Shown here piece after piece: positions 28,745 to 39,674 of a stretch of DNA of 64,000 nucleotides. The stretch is from a virus. The first letter of the stretch is position 1. Every line of letters begins with the position of its first letter. Position numbers and translations under genes: made by a program. The DNA is taken from IMG/VR virus record IMGVR_UViG_3300030419_006105, positions 52,367 through 116,366 of that record. The stretch is one strand, 5' to 3'. The notes beneath the pieces were generated by a model. It was not told the origin of the DNA. It did not search any database and worked only from the letters and a program-made list of their open reading frames with translations.

Positions 28745-29611
28745 TTAGTCGAAACAATAACTCATTACTAAATTAGTTTTATATGAGCAATGAGGCATTC
28801 TATCTTTAATTTTTATAAATTCATCGTGTGTAATAAACCCTTGCTTATATGCCTCTCCTTCAATACAACCAATCATTGTATTAGTTCTATCTTGTATAGA
28901 TTTGACATACATAGATGCAGCAAACATTTCATCTGGATTTCCAGTATCAAACCAGGCATAATTACTATTTAACATATTATGTCCTAATACGTTATCATTT
29001 AAATAACTCTTATTTAAATCTGTAATTTCTAGTTCACCTCGCGCCGATGGTTTAAGTGCTCTAGCTCTTTTTCCAGCTGTATTATCATAAAAATAAATAC
29101 CAGTTACAGCATAATTACTCATTGGTGTATCTGGTTTTTCTTCAATAGAAATAACATCTCCATACGGGTTTAATTCAATTACACCATATTCAGATGGATT
29201 TGACACTTTATAACTTACAACACAAGCTTTATTTCCATTAATTGTAGGTTTTTTTATACCAGTAAAAATATTATCTCCAAGAACTAAGCATACATTATCA
29301 TCTCCTTGCCATTCTTCGGCTATAATGAGCGCTTCGGCTATACCTTTAGGTGATGGTTGTACTTTAAAAGTGAAATTAATTCCTAAGTATGGTTTATGTT
29401 TTCCATCAGCTTGATTAAACATTGTTAATAAATGAGGATAAGATATACCATTAGTAATAATCATTATATCTTTAATGCCTAATTTTATAAGAGTAGATAG
29501 AGGATAATAAATTGTAGGTTTATCATAAATCGGTAAAAGCTGCTTAGAAACTGTTTTTGTACTTGGATAAACTCTGGACCCAGTACCGCCGGCTAAAATG
29601 ATACCCTTCAT
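28745..29611 (-). CDS. rmlA: Glucose-1-phosphate thymidylyltransferase
   Basis: GIILAGGTGSR, SKQLLPIYDKP, LGDN, EEKP, SARGELEITD, WFDTG. Confidence 0.96.
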   Translation of the reverse strand: MKGIILAGGTGSRVYPSTKTVSKQLLPIYDKPTIYYPLSTLIKLGIKDIMIITNGISYPHLLTMFNQADGKHKPYLGINFTFKVQPSPKGIAEALIIAEEWQGDDNVCLVLGDNIFTGIKKPTINGNKACVVSYKVSNPSEYGVIELNPYGDVISIEEKPDTPMSNYAVTGIYFYDNTAGKRARALKPSARGELEITDLNKSYLNDNVLGHNMLNSNYAWFDTGNPDEMFAASMYVKSIQDRTNTMIGCIEGEAYKQGFITHDEFIKIKDRMPHCSYKTNLVMSYCFD

Positions 29612-29692
29612 GTATTTATATTATACTGCTTATTTTAACAATTCAACTAAATTATTCGGCTGGAAATCAATAAATAATTGTAAAGGTTAACT

Positions 29693-32233
29693 ATGAGTAG
29701 AAGAACAATTCAATCACCTGGTGTAGAAATTAGAGAAATCGATCTGTCCCAACGGCCTGCTGCAGCCCTGGGTACGAGCGTATTTATTGCGGGATTTTCG
29801 AATCAAGGACCTACAGATGAAATTTTTAATGTTGGTACCTTCGCAGAATTCGAAGAAATTTACGGAAAACCCACTAACGCAGCTGAGAGATATTTTTATC
29901 ACTCCACCAAACAGGTTTTTGACAGTGATGCAAATGTTTTAGTATCTAGATTACCGTACGGTACTGGAGATGGTCAAAGTACTGAAAAGTATAGTGCACT
30001 ATTTTACCCAGTTTCTAGTATTAATACATCTACTATTACAGCGATTTCTAATAATACAATAACTCTTAATACTAGTGACGGACAAATCGGTTCTGAAAAC
30101 ATGTCAAATGTAGGTGCTGGTTGTACATTTGAGTTAGTAACTCAAGATTCAAACGGTCAAGTAAAATATACAAGTATTGATGGTACGGGTACTTATACCT
30201 CAGGAACGTTTACTTTAACATCTACTACAACAGAATTTGCTACTATCACGGGAGATACGTTAGTATCTGGTCAGGCATTATCAGGAGCTCCTGTAAATCA
30301 TACAGTTAGTTTATCAGCAGATAATTATTTTGTTCTTGGTAACCCGTTACACGTTGAATTAACAAGAGCTCAATATCTAAGTGCCCAGGATGAGAATTTT
30401 ACTTGGTATGATGCTGGCGGAACTGTTAACCCAGGATTCCCTGGTAGAGCTGGTATGATTGTTTTAAACAAAGCAAAAGTAGCAACTAATAATGATTTTG
30501 AAGGTTATTATGTTGGTGTTACAGACAATAGTGTTGTTTCTCCAGCATCTAATCATGATATAATAAGAACTATAAAAGCTGTAACAAGTTCAAGTTCATA
30601 TACTACATTTGGTAGTTTAACTGAAATTCCATCATCAAGATATGAATTCGCTCTAAGTTCTACTCCTACATCTGAAAAGAATAGTGTGAGTAAGACTTTA
30701 GAAACATTTTCAAAATTTGATATTGATGGTGGTGAGTTTGTTGATACAATTAATATTGGATTGTTCAAAATCCGTAATACACCATTTAGTAATACTGATT
30801 TATCATTAACTCACTTCCTTGCAGAAGGTTATACAGGTTCTTTAAACTCATTTCGTAAAGTTCAAAACGAAAACGGTGGTCAAAAGAAAACATTTTTTAT
30901 TGGAGATGTTGAAGAAAATTCTCCTAACATAAAAGTACTAGTTAATCCATATATATCTAAGCACGGTGGTGATTGGGCTTCTTCAACAGGAGATGGACCA
31001 AAGAAATATGTACGTGTCGCTAATAAAATCGGAGCCAGTAATGCAGCTGTATTAGAAAAAGTTTTAGGTGCTAGTTCACCATCTGCTACAGGTAAAAACT
31101 TCGGTGGCGAGCCAGCTCTTGTAAGTTTAGGAGCTTATAGTGATGTTAATAATAATAGCAGTAAAAATACTGGAAGTATTCCTGATAAATTAGATAGAAT
31201 ATTTAATGTTGCTTCTAATGTAGATCTATTACCTATTGACGTCAGTATTGAAGCAGGCTTAGGTACAGTATTTGCAGTAGGTAAGACTCAAGGTCTAAGT
31301 GCTTATGATGATACTGCGTTTGTTGATGTAGATGGAAGTGGTACTGGTTTTTATACTTCTGGAGATAATATGACAGGTTCTGATCAAATTAGTCTTCGAG
31401 ATAATTATAGAACCATTTTCAATAAGTTTGAAACATTTGCAAGACAAACAAGAAAAGATCATATTTTTGTTGCTGATATATTAAAACCATTAGTAGTACA
31501 AGGAAGTAGAGGTAAAGTATTAGATGATAAAACCAAAAACTTTAGCCAACATGTTTATTGGCCAATGAGACATCAATTTGGTTTTGCTAATAGTAACTTT
31601 GCTACAACTTACGGTAACTGGGCAAAGGTATATGATGGCACAAGTGATAATCAAATATGGATTCCATTCTCTGGAGTCGCTGCTAAAATTTATGCTAACA
31701 ATGACGCAAACTTTGCTCCTTGGTACGCTCCTGCTGGTTTTAATCGTGGGGTTGTTACAGGAGTAAATGACGTGGCTATTAGCCCAACTCAACGTCAGAG
31801 AGATCAATTATATCGAATTGCAATTAACCCTGTTACACAATTCCCTGCTGAAGGTATTGTTGTATTTGGTCAGAAGACCTTACAAAGAAAACCAACGGCA
31901 TTTGACAGAGTTAATGTTCGTAGATTGTTCCTCGATTTAGAGAAAAGAACACGAGAGACATTGAAATACTTTGTCTTTGAACCTAATACGTTCTTAACAA
32001 GGAATAAAGTAGTTAATACTTTAACACCAATTTTTGAGAACTGCAAGCAAACAGAAGGAGTGTATGATTACCTTATTGTTTGTGATAGTCGGAATAACCC
32101 TGCAAGTGTTATTGACCAGAATGAGCTAAGAGTAGATATCTATTTGAAGCCAGTTCGTGCTGCAGAGTTTATATTAGTTAACTTCTACGCTGTTAACACA
32201 GATGTTAATTTCGAGGAGATAGCAGGTCAATAA
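29693..32233 (+). CDS. gp18: Tail sheath protein (T4 gp18-like)
   Basis: SPGVEIREIDLS, PWYAPAGFNRG, INP, FGQKTL, FDRVNVRRLF, FEPN, KPVRAAEFI. Confidence 0.96.
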   Translation: MSRRTIQSPGVEIREIDLSQRPAAALGTSVFIAGFSNQGPTDEIFNVGTFAEFEEIYGKPTNAAERYFYHSTKQVFDSDANVLVSRLPYGTGDGQSTEKYSALFYPVSSINTSTITAISNNTITLNTSDGQIGSENMSNVGAGCTFELVTQDSNGQVKYTSIDGTGTYTSGTFTLTSTTTEFATITGDTLVSGQALSGAPVNHTVSLSADNYFVLGNPLHVELTRAQYLSAQDENFTWYDAGGTVNPGFPGRAGMIVLNKAKVATNNDFEGYYVGVTDNSVVSPASNHDIIRTIKAVTSSSSYTTFGSLTEIPSSRYEFALSSTPTSEKNSVSKTLETFSKFDIDGGEFVDTINIGLFKIRNTPFSNTDLSLTHFLAEGYTGSLNSFRKVQNENGGQKKTFFIGDVEENSPNIKVLVNPYISKHGGDWASSTGDGPKKYVRVANKIGASNAAVLEKVLGASSPSATGKNFGGEPALVSLGAYSDVNNNSSKNTGSIPDKLDRIFNVASNVDLLPIDVSIEAGLGTVFAVGKTQGLSAYDDTAFVDVDGSGTGFYTSGDNMTGSDQISLRDNYRTIFNKFETFARQTRKDHIFVADILKPLVVQGSRGKVLDDKTKNFSQHVYWPMRHQFGFANSNFATTYGNWAKVYDGTSDNQIWIPFSGVAAKIYANNDANFAPWYAPAGFNRGVVTGVNDVAISPTQRQRDQLYRIAINPVTQFPAEGIVVFGQKTLQRKPTAFDRVNVRRLFLDLEKRTRETLKYFVFEPNTFLTRNKVVNTLTPIFENCKQTEGVYDYLIVCDSRNNPASVIDQNELRVDIYLKPVRAAEFILVNFYAVNTDVNFEEIAGQ

Positions 32234-32263
32234 TAACGACGAAACCTAAATAATTATAACATC

Positions 32264-32854
32264 ATGGCTGATATTAAACAAACAATTAAGGACTTTTATA
32301 AGGTAGCTCAAACAAGAGACTTTGCACGTGACTTTCAGTTTCGTGTATTAGATGTCTCTAATAAAGGTGTACCTGTTTTTACTGAAGATGATCTAGTGTA
32401 CGCTACAACAGCGACACTTCCTGGTAAACAAATTTCACCGAAGGAGGTACCGTATAATGGTTTTACTTTCCGCATCCCTGGAACAGTATCGTATAATAAC
32501 AGTGATGGGTTTACTATTGATTTCTATTGTGATGCGACGACAAATACTCGTGTACAAATGGAAAACTGGGTAACAGAAACATTTAACGACGAAACTACTA
32601 CTGGTGATGGTGTTCTTCATAATAATAGCACCATTACTTTAGTACAGCTTGATACTAAATTTGAGCCATTACGTACATATAAATTATATGGAGTGTTTCC
32701 TGTTAATAGTGGTGATATTAGTTATACTATCTCTGGTAGTGGAGAAGTTGCAACAACTACAATTACTATGGCTTATCAGTTCTTTAGGAGAGACAATGAG
32801 CTTAACACAGCAGTAAACTCAATTGGTAAATTAGCTGGTGCAGTATTAGGTTAA
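32264..32854 (+). CDS. gp19: Tail tube protein (T4 gp19-like)
   Basis: Follows the sheath gene. ATLPG, VPYNG..F..PG, YKLYGVFP, T..YQFF. Confidence 0.85.
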   Translation: MADIKQTIKDFYKVAQTRDFARDFQFRVLDVSNKGVPVFTEDDLVYATTATLPGKQISPKEVPYNGFTFRIPGTVSYNNSDGFTIDFYCDATTNTRVQMENWVTETFNDETTTGDGVLHNNSTITLVQLDTKFEPLRTYKLYGVFPVNSGDISYTISGSGEVATTTITMAYQFFRRDNELNTAVNSIGKLAGAVLG

Positions 32855-32872
32855 TTGACCTAAATACTTTAA

Positions 32873-33637
32873 ATGGGTTTATTTGATTTTCTAACTGCAG
32901 CTCCTGGTGGAGCAAATGTAGAGATGCCACCTCTTGAGAAGAGAAACTTAAGAGAGTCTTTCTTTCAACTATTAAAAGAGTTCTCTACATTTCCTGCCAC
33001 TCAAAATTTATTCTTAGTAAAGATAGATAATCTTCCTAAAGCCCTTACTGACGAAAATCAAAAAAATCTAGGTATAACAGAAGGTGCACAACCGTTAGGG
33101 GTAAATAAGGCAAAGTCTGTTTATGAGAGATATATATCAGGTCCTGAGTTTATGTATCTAGCTACAGGTGTTGACTTAACTACAGAAAAATTATCTGTAG
33201 CTAGTGAAGGTAAATTAATTAACGGTTATTTACCAGTTGGTCCATTTGTTAATAATAGAGAGTATCCTGATACAGATCTTGAAATACAATTCTCTGAAAC
33301 TAATATTAGTTTTGTAGATTCTATAATTAGACCATGGATTCAATTATATAGTGTACATGGAAATTTTGATGATATAGATTTAACAACAACAGTTACAATA
33401 TATTTTATAGCTAAAGAACAATTAACTACAAGAGCTACATTTAAATCTATATTATTTGGCCCGTCAGGTGGGTCTCCTGTTATTCGAAAAATATACAAAT
33501 ATAAAGACTGTATACCATATAATATAGTTAGTGCGAATGTTGCAGAGTATAGTTCAGATACTAAAATAGGTTCTGTGGGTACCAGATGGAGATTTTCTAC
33601 GTATGACGTAATTACTCCTATAGATGGTAAGTTATAA
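32873..33637 (+). CDS. Tube-fold baseplate/tube initiator (gp54-like)
   Basis: L.IQFSETN.SF.D.IIRPW, Y.YKDCIP tube-fold pattern and position. Confidence 0.55.
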   Translation: MGLFDFLTAAPGGANVEMPPLEKRNLRESFFQLLKEFSTFPATQNLFLVKIDNLPKALTDENQKNLGITEGAQPLGVNKAKSVYERYISGPEFMYLATGVDLTTEKLSVASEGKLINGYLPVGPFVNNREYPDTDLEIQFSETNISFVDSIIRPWIQLYSVHGNFDDIDLTTTVTIYFIAKEQLTTRATFKSILFGPSGGSPVIRKIYKYKDCIPYNIVSANVAEYSSDTKIGSVGTRWRFSTYDVITPIDGKL

Positions 33638-34316
33638 TAATGTCGCAAAACTAACTTATTTTTCAGAAAATGACAGAAAGAAGAACTTTTTAGATTTATT
33701 CCTGTCTTTATGTGACAGTAATAATATTATTGAAATTTTATCATTTATTAAAGAAGAACGATTTGTTGAAAAAGATAGTAGTATAAAAATAATATACGAC
33801 GGAAAAGAGGCAATTATTTTTAAAGAAAATTTTCTACTAAATATACCAGAAAGTAATCCTACAAACCACACAATAGATGATTTTGAATTTGTATTAGACT
33901 ATCCTGATATTATAGATTATACATGTAAACCTATGCATTGTATTAAAAGTATAAAATATCAAGATGAAATTCACCATATGAAAGCTAATACAGATTATAA
34001 TTTAATTACCAAACCATTATATAATCAATTACGTCCTAAAATAAATGAATATATAAGTGAGTTACATAACATTTCAATATACGAAATCGGTCCTATAGTT
34101 AGTGGATTTACATTGCATATCGACTTAATAATTAAAATAATTGAATTAGCTTTTGTAACTTCATTTAAACATATAATTGATGAACGATTATTTTTAATGA
34201 AAGAATATAATTTTACATATGAAGCATTTGATCAACTATCATACTTAGAAGCTAAACAATATTTGATAAAGGGAATAAAACTAATTAATGAACGCAATAA
34301 TTCAGAAGCTAAGTGA
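33624..34316 (+). CDS. Putative baseplate hub assembly protein (gp26/gp51-like)
   Basis: C-terminal FLMKEYNFTYEAFDQLSYLEAKQYL resembles gp51-type chaperones. Position supports this. Confidence 0.5.
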   Translation: MVSYNNVAKLTYFSENDRKKNFLDLFLSLCDSNNIIEILSFIKEERFVEKDSSIKIIYDGKEAIIFKENFLLNIPESNPTNHTIDDFEFVLDYPDIIDYTCKPMHCIKSIKYQDEIHHMKANTDYNLITKPLYNQLRPKINEYISELHNISIYEIGPIVSGFTLHIDLIIKIIELAFVTSFKHIIDERLFLMKEYNFTYEAFDQLSYLEAKQYLIKGIKLINERNNSEAK

Positions 34317-34932
34317 GTTAAGTAAATTAAATTTAACTTTACCAATTAGTCAAAAACAAATTGAAATTAATAAGATAAACTTAGAATTACAATCTAAGTT
34401 TGAAGAATTTGCTCGAAATGTAAACAATGAAATTGCTGCCAGTACTAAATTTTTACAATTTATTAATAATCATATAAGAAAAGAAGCAAAACAAAATGTT
34501 GGATATTTAGATAAATTGTATATTTTACAGCAATGGTATAATGATGTAAAAACTGATGAAAATGTAGAATGTGAAATTACAGATATACAAATACCAGATT
34601 TTACTATTACTATAGATGGTACTGATTTACTATTTAAATTTGAACTTCCAGAGATTGCTAAGGAACTAGCTTACTTAAAATATGTTATTGATACTAAAAA
34701 AGACGAAATGAAATCTGTAGATGTATTATTTTATTTTGTTTTTAGATATATACTATCTGTTGAAATAGAAGGAGACACACTAACAACAGAAGATATTGAA
34801 ACTTCAGAGACTTTATACAAGCATTTGAGCATGAATAAAATTACATCTATCTCTGAACATATAGATAAAGCCTTAAAACCAATACAAACAGTAAGAAACT
34901 TCGAAGTAGACCCACGCGTATTCTTTGCCTAA
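34288..34932 (+). CDS. Putative baseplate hub assembly protein (gp26-like)
   Basis: LTLPISQK N-terminus, terminal FF motif and position. Confidence 0.45.
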   Translation: MNAIIQKLSELSKLNLTLPISQKQIEINKINLELQSKFEEFARNVNNEIAASTKFLQFINNHIRKEAKQNVGYLDKLYILQQWYNDVKTDENVECEITDIQIPDFTITIDGTDLLFKFELPEIAKELAYLKYVIDTKKDEMKSVDVLFYFVFRYILSVEIEGDTLTTEDIETSETLYKHLSMNKITSISEHIDKALKPIQTVRNFEVDPRVFFA

Positions 34933-34947
34933 TAATTAAATAATTAT

Positions 34948-36651
34948 ATGGCAGAACTGACTGCAGAACAACTCAATGCTTTAATGGGTAATCAAAGAAG
35001 CATTGAACGCAATAGATCTGAGATGGAGGCATTCCGACAACAGGATATTCCTCCCATTATTAATCAATTAAGAGAGGTTAATAGTAAATTATTCAGTTTA
35101 GCGGAATCTGTTGGTCGGATAGTAAGACAAGTAGATAAACCACCTGTAATCAAAAACGGAGATAACGGAGATGATAATTCTGAACAAAAGACCGACAAAA
35201 TGGTCACTACTCCGTTAGAAACAATCTCCAATCATTTAGCTGATATTAAAGATTTTCTCAAACAAACATTTCAACCTACAGGTCTTTCTGGATCAACTCA
35301 AGATACAAATATAGGAATGCTTGATAAGCAGGAAAAAGAAGATCAAGAAGAAGATCAAAAACAAATAGCAGCAGGACCGAAAGGAACTGCTCTTGCATGG
35401 TTAGGTGGTTTATTCGCAGTTGGTGCTTTAGGTCAACTTAGTAAAGTATTCGGTATCGGAGCAGGGGCTGGTGTCGCCGGTGGTTTATTAGCTAAGATAG
35501 GACCTAAGATATTTAAGTGGACTGGACCTATAATGAGACGTATACCTATTATCGGTTCTTTATTTTCATTTTGGGAAGCCTATAAAAAGTTTCAAGCTGG
35601 TGGTATAGATAATATAATATTTGGTTTAATGGATGTTGCTGCTGGTATTGCGTATGCAGTACCAGGCATTGGCACTGCTATAGGTCTAGGTCTAGATGTA
35701 CTTCAATACTTTTTAAAAGAGAAAGCTAATGAATGGAAAAAGGAAACTGGTGAGACTAGCTTCTTTGGAAGTATGTGGGATAAGATAATGGAATATTTGA
35801 AAAAGACCCCAATGTTTAAATGGTTTATTGATACTGGTAAAAAAGGTAAAGAGTTTTGGAATAAACCAACATGGGAAACATTTAAGGCGTTTGGTGGTCA
35901 ATTTTTCAGTGTTCTTCAACCATTGTTAAATACATTTAGTATGCTTGATAAAGATGCAGGTGCAGCATTAGGTTTAACAGATGACAAGGGTAAACCACAA
36001 GGGTTATTTGGGTGGGTTGCGGATAAAGTAGATGAATGGATTATTACACCTGTAATGGATTTTTTAGAAAGCATATTTGTTTCAATTGGTGAAAGTATGA
36101 TAAAGGTAGGAAAATCAGTTGATGATTTTATTAAAAGAGTTGTTGATAATAATATTTCTGATGGAATGATAAAAGATAGTGTCTATTGGGCTTTTGGTTG
36201 GAATAAAGGACCAGAACCAGAAGGAGGCTGGGGTGAAGTAGAGGGACTTACAGACGGAGGTGAACATAAAGAAGCTCGGAAAGAAGGTATATCTAAGCTT
36301 AGAAAAGCCGATATAGAACGTATTAAAAAATGGGGCAAACTAGTCGGGGGTCACTACTCAACTCAAGAATATTTTAATTCTCTACCTAACCTATCAGATG
36401 AAGGAATACAAGAACAATTAAAAATGCTAAAATTTAAAGCTTCAAGAAGAGGCCTAGAATTTAAAAAAGTACCAGACCCTCAAACAGTGCCACCAACAAT
36501 AGAACAAGAACAATTCTTTAAAAATCAGTTACGCGAGTTCATTAAACCACAAAGTAATATTAATACTAGTATAAACAACCAATCAGTTACATACGTAGCT
36601 CCAGTGTCTCCGTCAGTAAAACATTTAACCCAGCAAGGTATAGGTGGATAA
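34948..36651 (+). CDS. Putative tape measure / gp29-like protein
   Basis: Helical, with Gly/Ala-rich hydrophobic stretches (RRIPIIGSLF, VPGIGTAIGLG), located in the tail cluster. Confidence 0.6.
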   Translation: MAELTAEQLNALMGNQRSIERNRSEMEAFRQQDIPPIINQLREVNSKLFSLAESVGRIVRQVDKPPVIKNGDNGDDNSEQKTDKMVTTPLETISNHLADIKDFLKQTFQPTGLSGSTQDTNIGMLDKQEKEDQEEDQKQIAAGPKGTALAWLGGLFAVGALGQLSKVFGIGAGAGVAGGLLAKIGPKIFKWTGPIMRRIPIIGSLFSFWEAYKKFQAGGIDNIIFGLMDVAAGIAYAVPGIGTAIGLGLDVLQYFLKEKANEWKKETGETSFFGSMWDKIMEYLKKTPMFKWFIDTGKKGKEFWNKPTWETFKAFGGQFFSVLQPLLNTFSMLDKDAGAALGLTDDKGKPQGLFGWVADKVDEWIITPVMDFLESIFVSIGESMIKVGKSVDDFIKRVVDNNISDGMIKDSVYWAFGWNKGPEPEGGWGEVEGLTDGGEHKEARKEGISKLRKADIERIKKWGKLVGGHYSTQEYFNSLPNLSDEGIQEQLKMLKFKASRRGLEFKKVPDPQTVPPTIEQEQFFKNQLREFIKPQSNINTSINNQSVTYVAPVSPSVKHLTQQGIGG

Positions 36652-36659
36652 TTAAATAA

Positions 36660-37838
36660 ATGAGTAAACTATTTAAATTTGTAAGAGAAGAACAATCTCA
36701 CATAGGTATTGGAGATAATGTACCAGATAAACTTTCTGGTGTAGGTCAAGCAGGCGCGCAAGCAACTGTAGAAGGTAAAAGTGACCGATTAGTACCTGAT
36801 GGTAGTACTGTAATAGATGTAGTTAAAAACTTTAAATGGACAAAAACTAAAAGAAACAGTGTTGGGAGAGATAATACACCTGCTATAGAATTACAAGAGT
36901 TTTATGTTACATTACCAGCCTTTTATAGTAATTTAAATGTTGCAAAACAGATCGCTACTTCAGCTGGAAAAGGTATAAGTGGAATAATGGATCAAATAAC
37001 AAAAATCGCCGGCTCTGGTCAAAGTGTTGTCAGCGCAGTAAAAGAAGGAGCGAGTTCTGTTAATGAATCTGTAGAAAGAATATTAGAACAAGCAAGAGCA
37101 ACATTTGGTGTTGAAGAAATGAAAATGCCACAATATCTTAAAGCTTATGAAATGTTGTATGGTGTAAAAAGATCAAACTTTATTTATAAGTTACCATATT
37201 TAGATGATACATATAAAGAAATTCAAAATCAATGGCAAATGGGTGGTGGTACAGTAAATGAAACATTAACAACTGGAATAGGAGAGCTTACAGACCTAAT
37301 AGGTGCAATGGCAATGCCTGGAGTAGGTATTGACTTTTCTAAATCGTTTTCATACCCTACTGACGGTCCGAGCCACACCTTTGAATTCTTCTTAGATAAT
37401 ACAAGAGATTCAGCTTACACAGGAGAAGAAATTACTATGAATGCAGGATCTGGTGCACCATGGGTTGCTGCTACAGGTAATAGACGAGTTGTACCAAATT
37501 ATGAAACAAATTATCGGTTAATATTTTTATTACTTTATCAAAATATGCCTAACAAATTAAATCGTGTAGCATTAACACCACCTGTTATTTACAGAGCTAA
37601 GCTACCAGGTGTGTTTAGTTATAGATATAGTTTTTTATCTAGCATAAAAATTGAGATGTTAGGTACAAGAAAAAATAAAGTAATACCAAAATTTATTACT
37701 ACAGAAGGTAATAGAGATGTTCAAGCAGTAATACCAGAAGGATATAAAATAAATTTAACTTTACAAAGCTTAGTACCAGAGACTCAGAATTTATATTTTG
37801 ATGCAATTAATAACCCAGTATTTTCAACAGAAGAATAA
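36660..37838 (+). CDS. Putative baseplate tube-cap protein (gp48-like)
   Basis: S.TFEFFL, PPVIY...PG, LTLQSL pattern. Located before gp53. Confidence 0.5.
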   Translation: MSKLFKFVREEQSHIGIGDNVPDKLSGVGQAGAQATVEGKSDRLVPDGSTVIDVVKNFKWTKTKRNSVGRDNTPAIELQEFYVTLPAFYSNLNVAKQIATSAGKGISGIMDQITKIAGSGQSVVSAVKEGASSVNESVERILEQARATFGVEEMKMPQYLKAYEMLYGVKRSNFIYKLPYLDDTYKEIQNQWQMGGGTVNETLTTGIGELTDLIGAMAMPGVGIDFSKSFSYPTDGPSHTFEFFLDNTRDSAYTGEEITMNAGSGAPWVAATGNRRVVPNYETNYRLIFLLLYQNMPNKLNRVALTPPVIYRAKLPGVFSYRYSFLSSIKIEMLGTRKNKVIPKFITTEGNRDVQAVIPEGYKINLTLQSLVPETQNLYFDAINNPVFSTEE

Positions 37839-37840
37839 TT

Positions 37841-38212
37841 ATGATTACAGACTTAGAACAATATCAAAATCAAATAACTGACTTACCGAATTTAGAGGAA
37901 GTAAGATATGAAAATATTTTTAAAGTGGCTAAGTCTGATAAATTCTTTTTTTATAATATTATAAAAAAGATTACTATACCAGAAGACTTACAATCTGATA
38001 TTTATTATGAACTAAGAATTAATAGTAACAAGCCATGGACAACATTGTCTCATGATGTATATGGTACTCAAGATTTATGGTGGTTAATTTGCTTAGTAAA
38101 TAATATTTTTAATCCTATTGATAACCCTGAGTTAGGAGCTGTATATAAAATAATAAGACCTGATTATGTTAACCCTATTTTAGCAGAAATAAAGAGACTT
38201 ACTAATGGCTGA
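37841..38212 (+). CDS. gp53: Baseplate wedge protein (T4 gp53-like)
   Basis: LSHDVYGTQDLWWLICLVNNIFNP motif. Confidence 0.85.
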   Translation: MITDLEQYQNQITDLPNLEEVRYENIFKVAKSDKFFFYNIIKKITIPEDLQSDIYYELRINSNKPWTTLSHDVYGTQDLWWLICLVNNIFNPIDNPELGAVYKIIRPDYVNPILAEIKRLTNG

Positions 38213-39674
38213 TATAAAGCAATCAAAAATTAAAGCAGTAAAAGACTTTCCATATGTATCTATTAATGCTAATGGTACAGATTATAAAGTCACTACTTTT
38301 ATTTTTAATAATCGAGGAGAAGCTCGATATATTGATTCTTCGTCATTAAATCAAATAATATTTGAAACAAATCACAATACACCATTTCTCTTAGGTAGTT
38401 TATCTCTAAACAATAACGAAAACTCTAGTACTTTAAATAAAGTTGACTTTGGTGATCACGCTGGTGTATTATCAGAAGTTAATAGTTATGGTGACGGGGA
38501 ATTATTTATAAAAATTATAATTAAAACAAAATCTTCTGCTAGAGTAGCATGTGACTATACAGATGAAGTTATATTAGAAAAACTATTTGTTGTTACAGAT
38601 CAAGAAAATACTGTACAAAACAATAATAAACTATCAGTATATTATTTTATAGATGTAGTTTATACTCATTTTGCAAATAAAAAACAAGTATGGAATACTG
38701 ATCTATTAAATGAAAAAGCTAAATACAGAAATGGTTATACTAGAGTAAACTCAGGTAAAGCTTTAAAGCATATATTAATACAGTTCTCTGGTGATGATGA
38801 TATTATAGATGAAAAAAATTGGGATAACGGTCAGGGTAATCTTCCTTATTATTCTTTACCCGCTGGTGAACCAGCGTTGACCGCAATAAATGAAATAATG
38901 AAAACATATGTATCATCAGATCAAAGCGGAGGTATATTAACATATTATAACGGACAATTTCAATTACAATCTATAAGAAGTAATACAAATAAAATTTATA
39001 AACAAACGCAGCAAAATAGTGTATCCGAAGGAACTATTCGTACAACAATACTTGGTAATAATTTTGCTGGTGGTGTTAAAATCCAAACTACTGATAACAG
39101 ACAAACATATACTAATAGAGAAGCAGGATTAATACTCGGAAAAAATTATTCTTATATACCTGTAGATATTAATAAAATACAATTTACAGATGTATCACCA
39201 ACAGCTACCTTAAACGACTTAAATAAAAAAGAAGTAATACAATTTGATCCGATAACTAAACAATTTCATATTTATAGTAATGAAGGAACAATACAGAGTG
39301 TAGAAGAAAGAAGTAGTCTTGATTCTCTTCCCGATGGAGAAGATAATAAAATTAATATTGATGTAAACACAAAATTTAGTGAATCTAAAGAACGGTTATT
39401 TCAAATGACTGATAATAATACAGTATTATATCGAGGCACTATTAAATTACAAAAACAATTACTTAATAGTTTAACAAAAGCTAATTTTATATGTAATGGA
39501 GATATTAATATATCTGCAAACAAGTTTATTTATATAACAATAGATTTAAATAAAAAAAATACATTTGCTAAAAAAATACCTGGTTTTTGGTATATAACAA
39601 AAAATCTTACTACACTAGCATCAGGTCAATATTCAAGTGCAATTGAATGTGTTAAATTAGATAAACCGAAATGA
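38205..39674 (+). CDS. Putative baseplate hub protein (gp27-like)
   Basis: C-terminal GDINISANKFI...GFWYITK pattern of hub proteins and position after gp53. Confidence 0.5.
   Translation: MADIKQSKIKAVKDFPYVSINANGTDYKVTTFIFNNRGEARYIDSSSLNQIIFETNHNTPFLLGSLSLNNNENSSTLNKVDFGDHAGVLSEVNSYGDGELFIKIIIKTKSSARVACDYTDEVILEKLFVVTDQENTVQNNNKLSVYYFIDVVYTHFANKKQVWNTDLLNEKAKYRNGYTRVNSGKALKHILIQFSGDDDIIDEKNWDNGQGNLPYYSLPAGEPALTAINEIMKTYVSSDQSGGILTYYNGQFQLQSIRSNTNKIYKQTQQNSVSEGTIRTTILGNNFAGGVKIQTTDNRQTYTNREAGLILGKNYSYIPVDINKIQFTDVSPTATLNDLNKKEVIQFDPITKQFHIYSNEGTIQSVEERSSLDSLPDGEDNKINIDVNTKFSESKERLFQMTDNNTVLYRGTIKLQKQLLNSLTKANFICNGDINISANKFIYITIDLNKKNTFAKKIPGFWYITKNLTTLASGQYSSAIECVKLDKPK

Noticed and set aside
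27078-29611. Host chromosomal contamination or a prophage boundary at the RmlA-ferredoxin-DUF1552 cassette
   Set aside because: Same AT-richness as its flanks, phage-type TAAATA boxes before the genes, a stop-codon overlap with the tail gene, and no integrase or att-like repeat.
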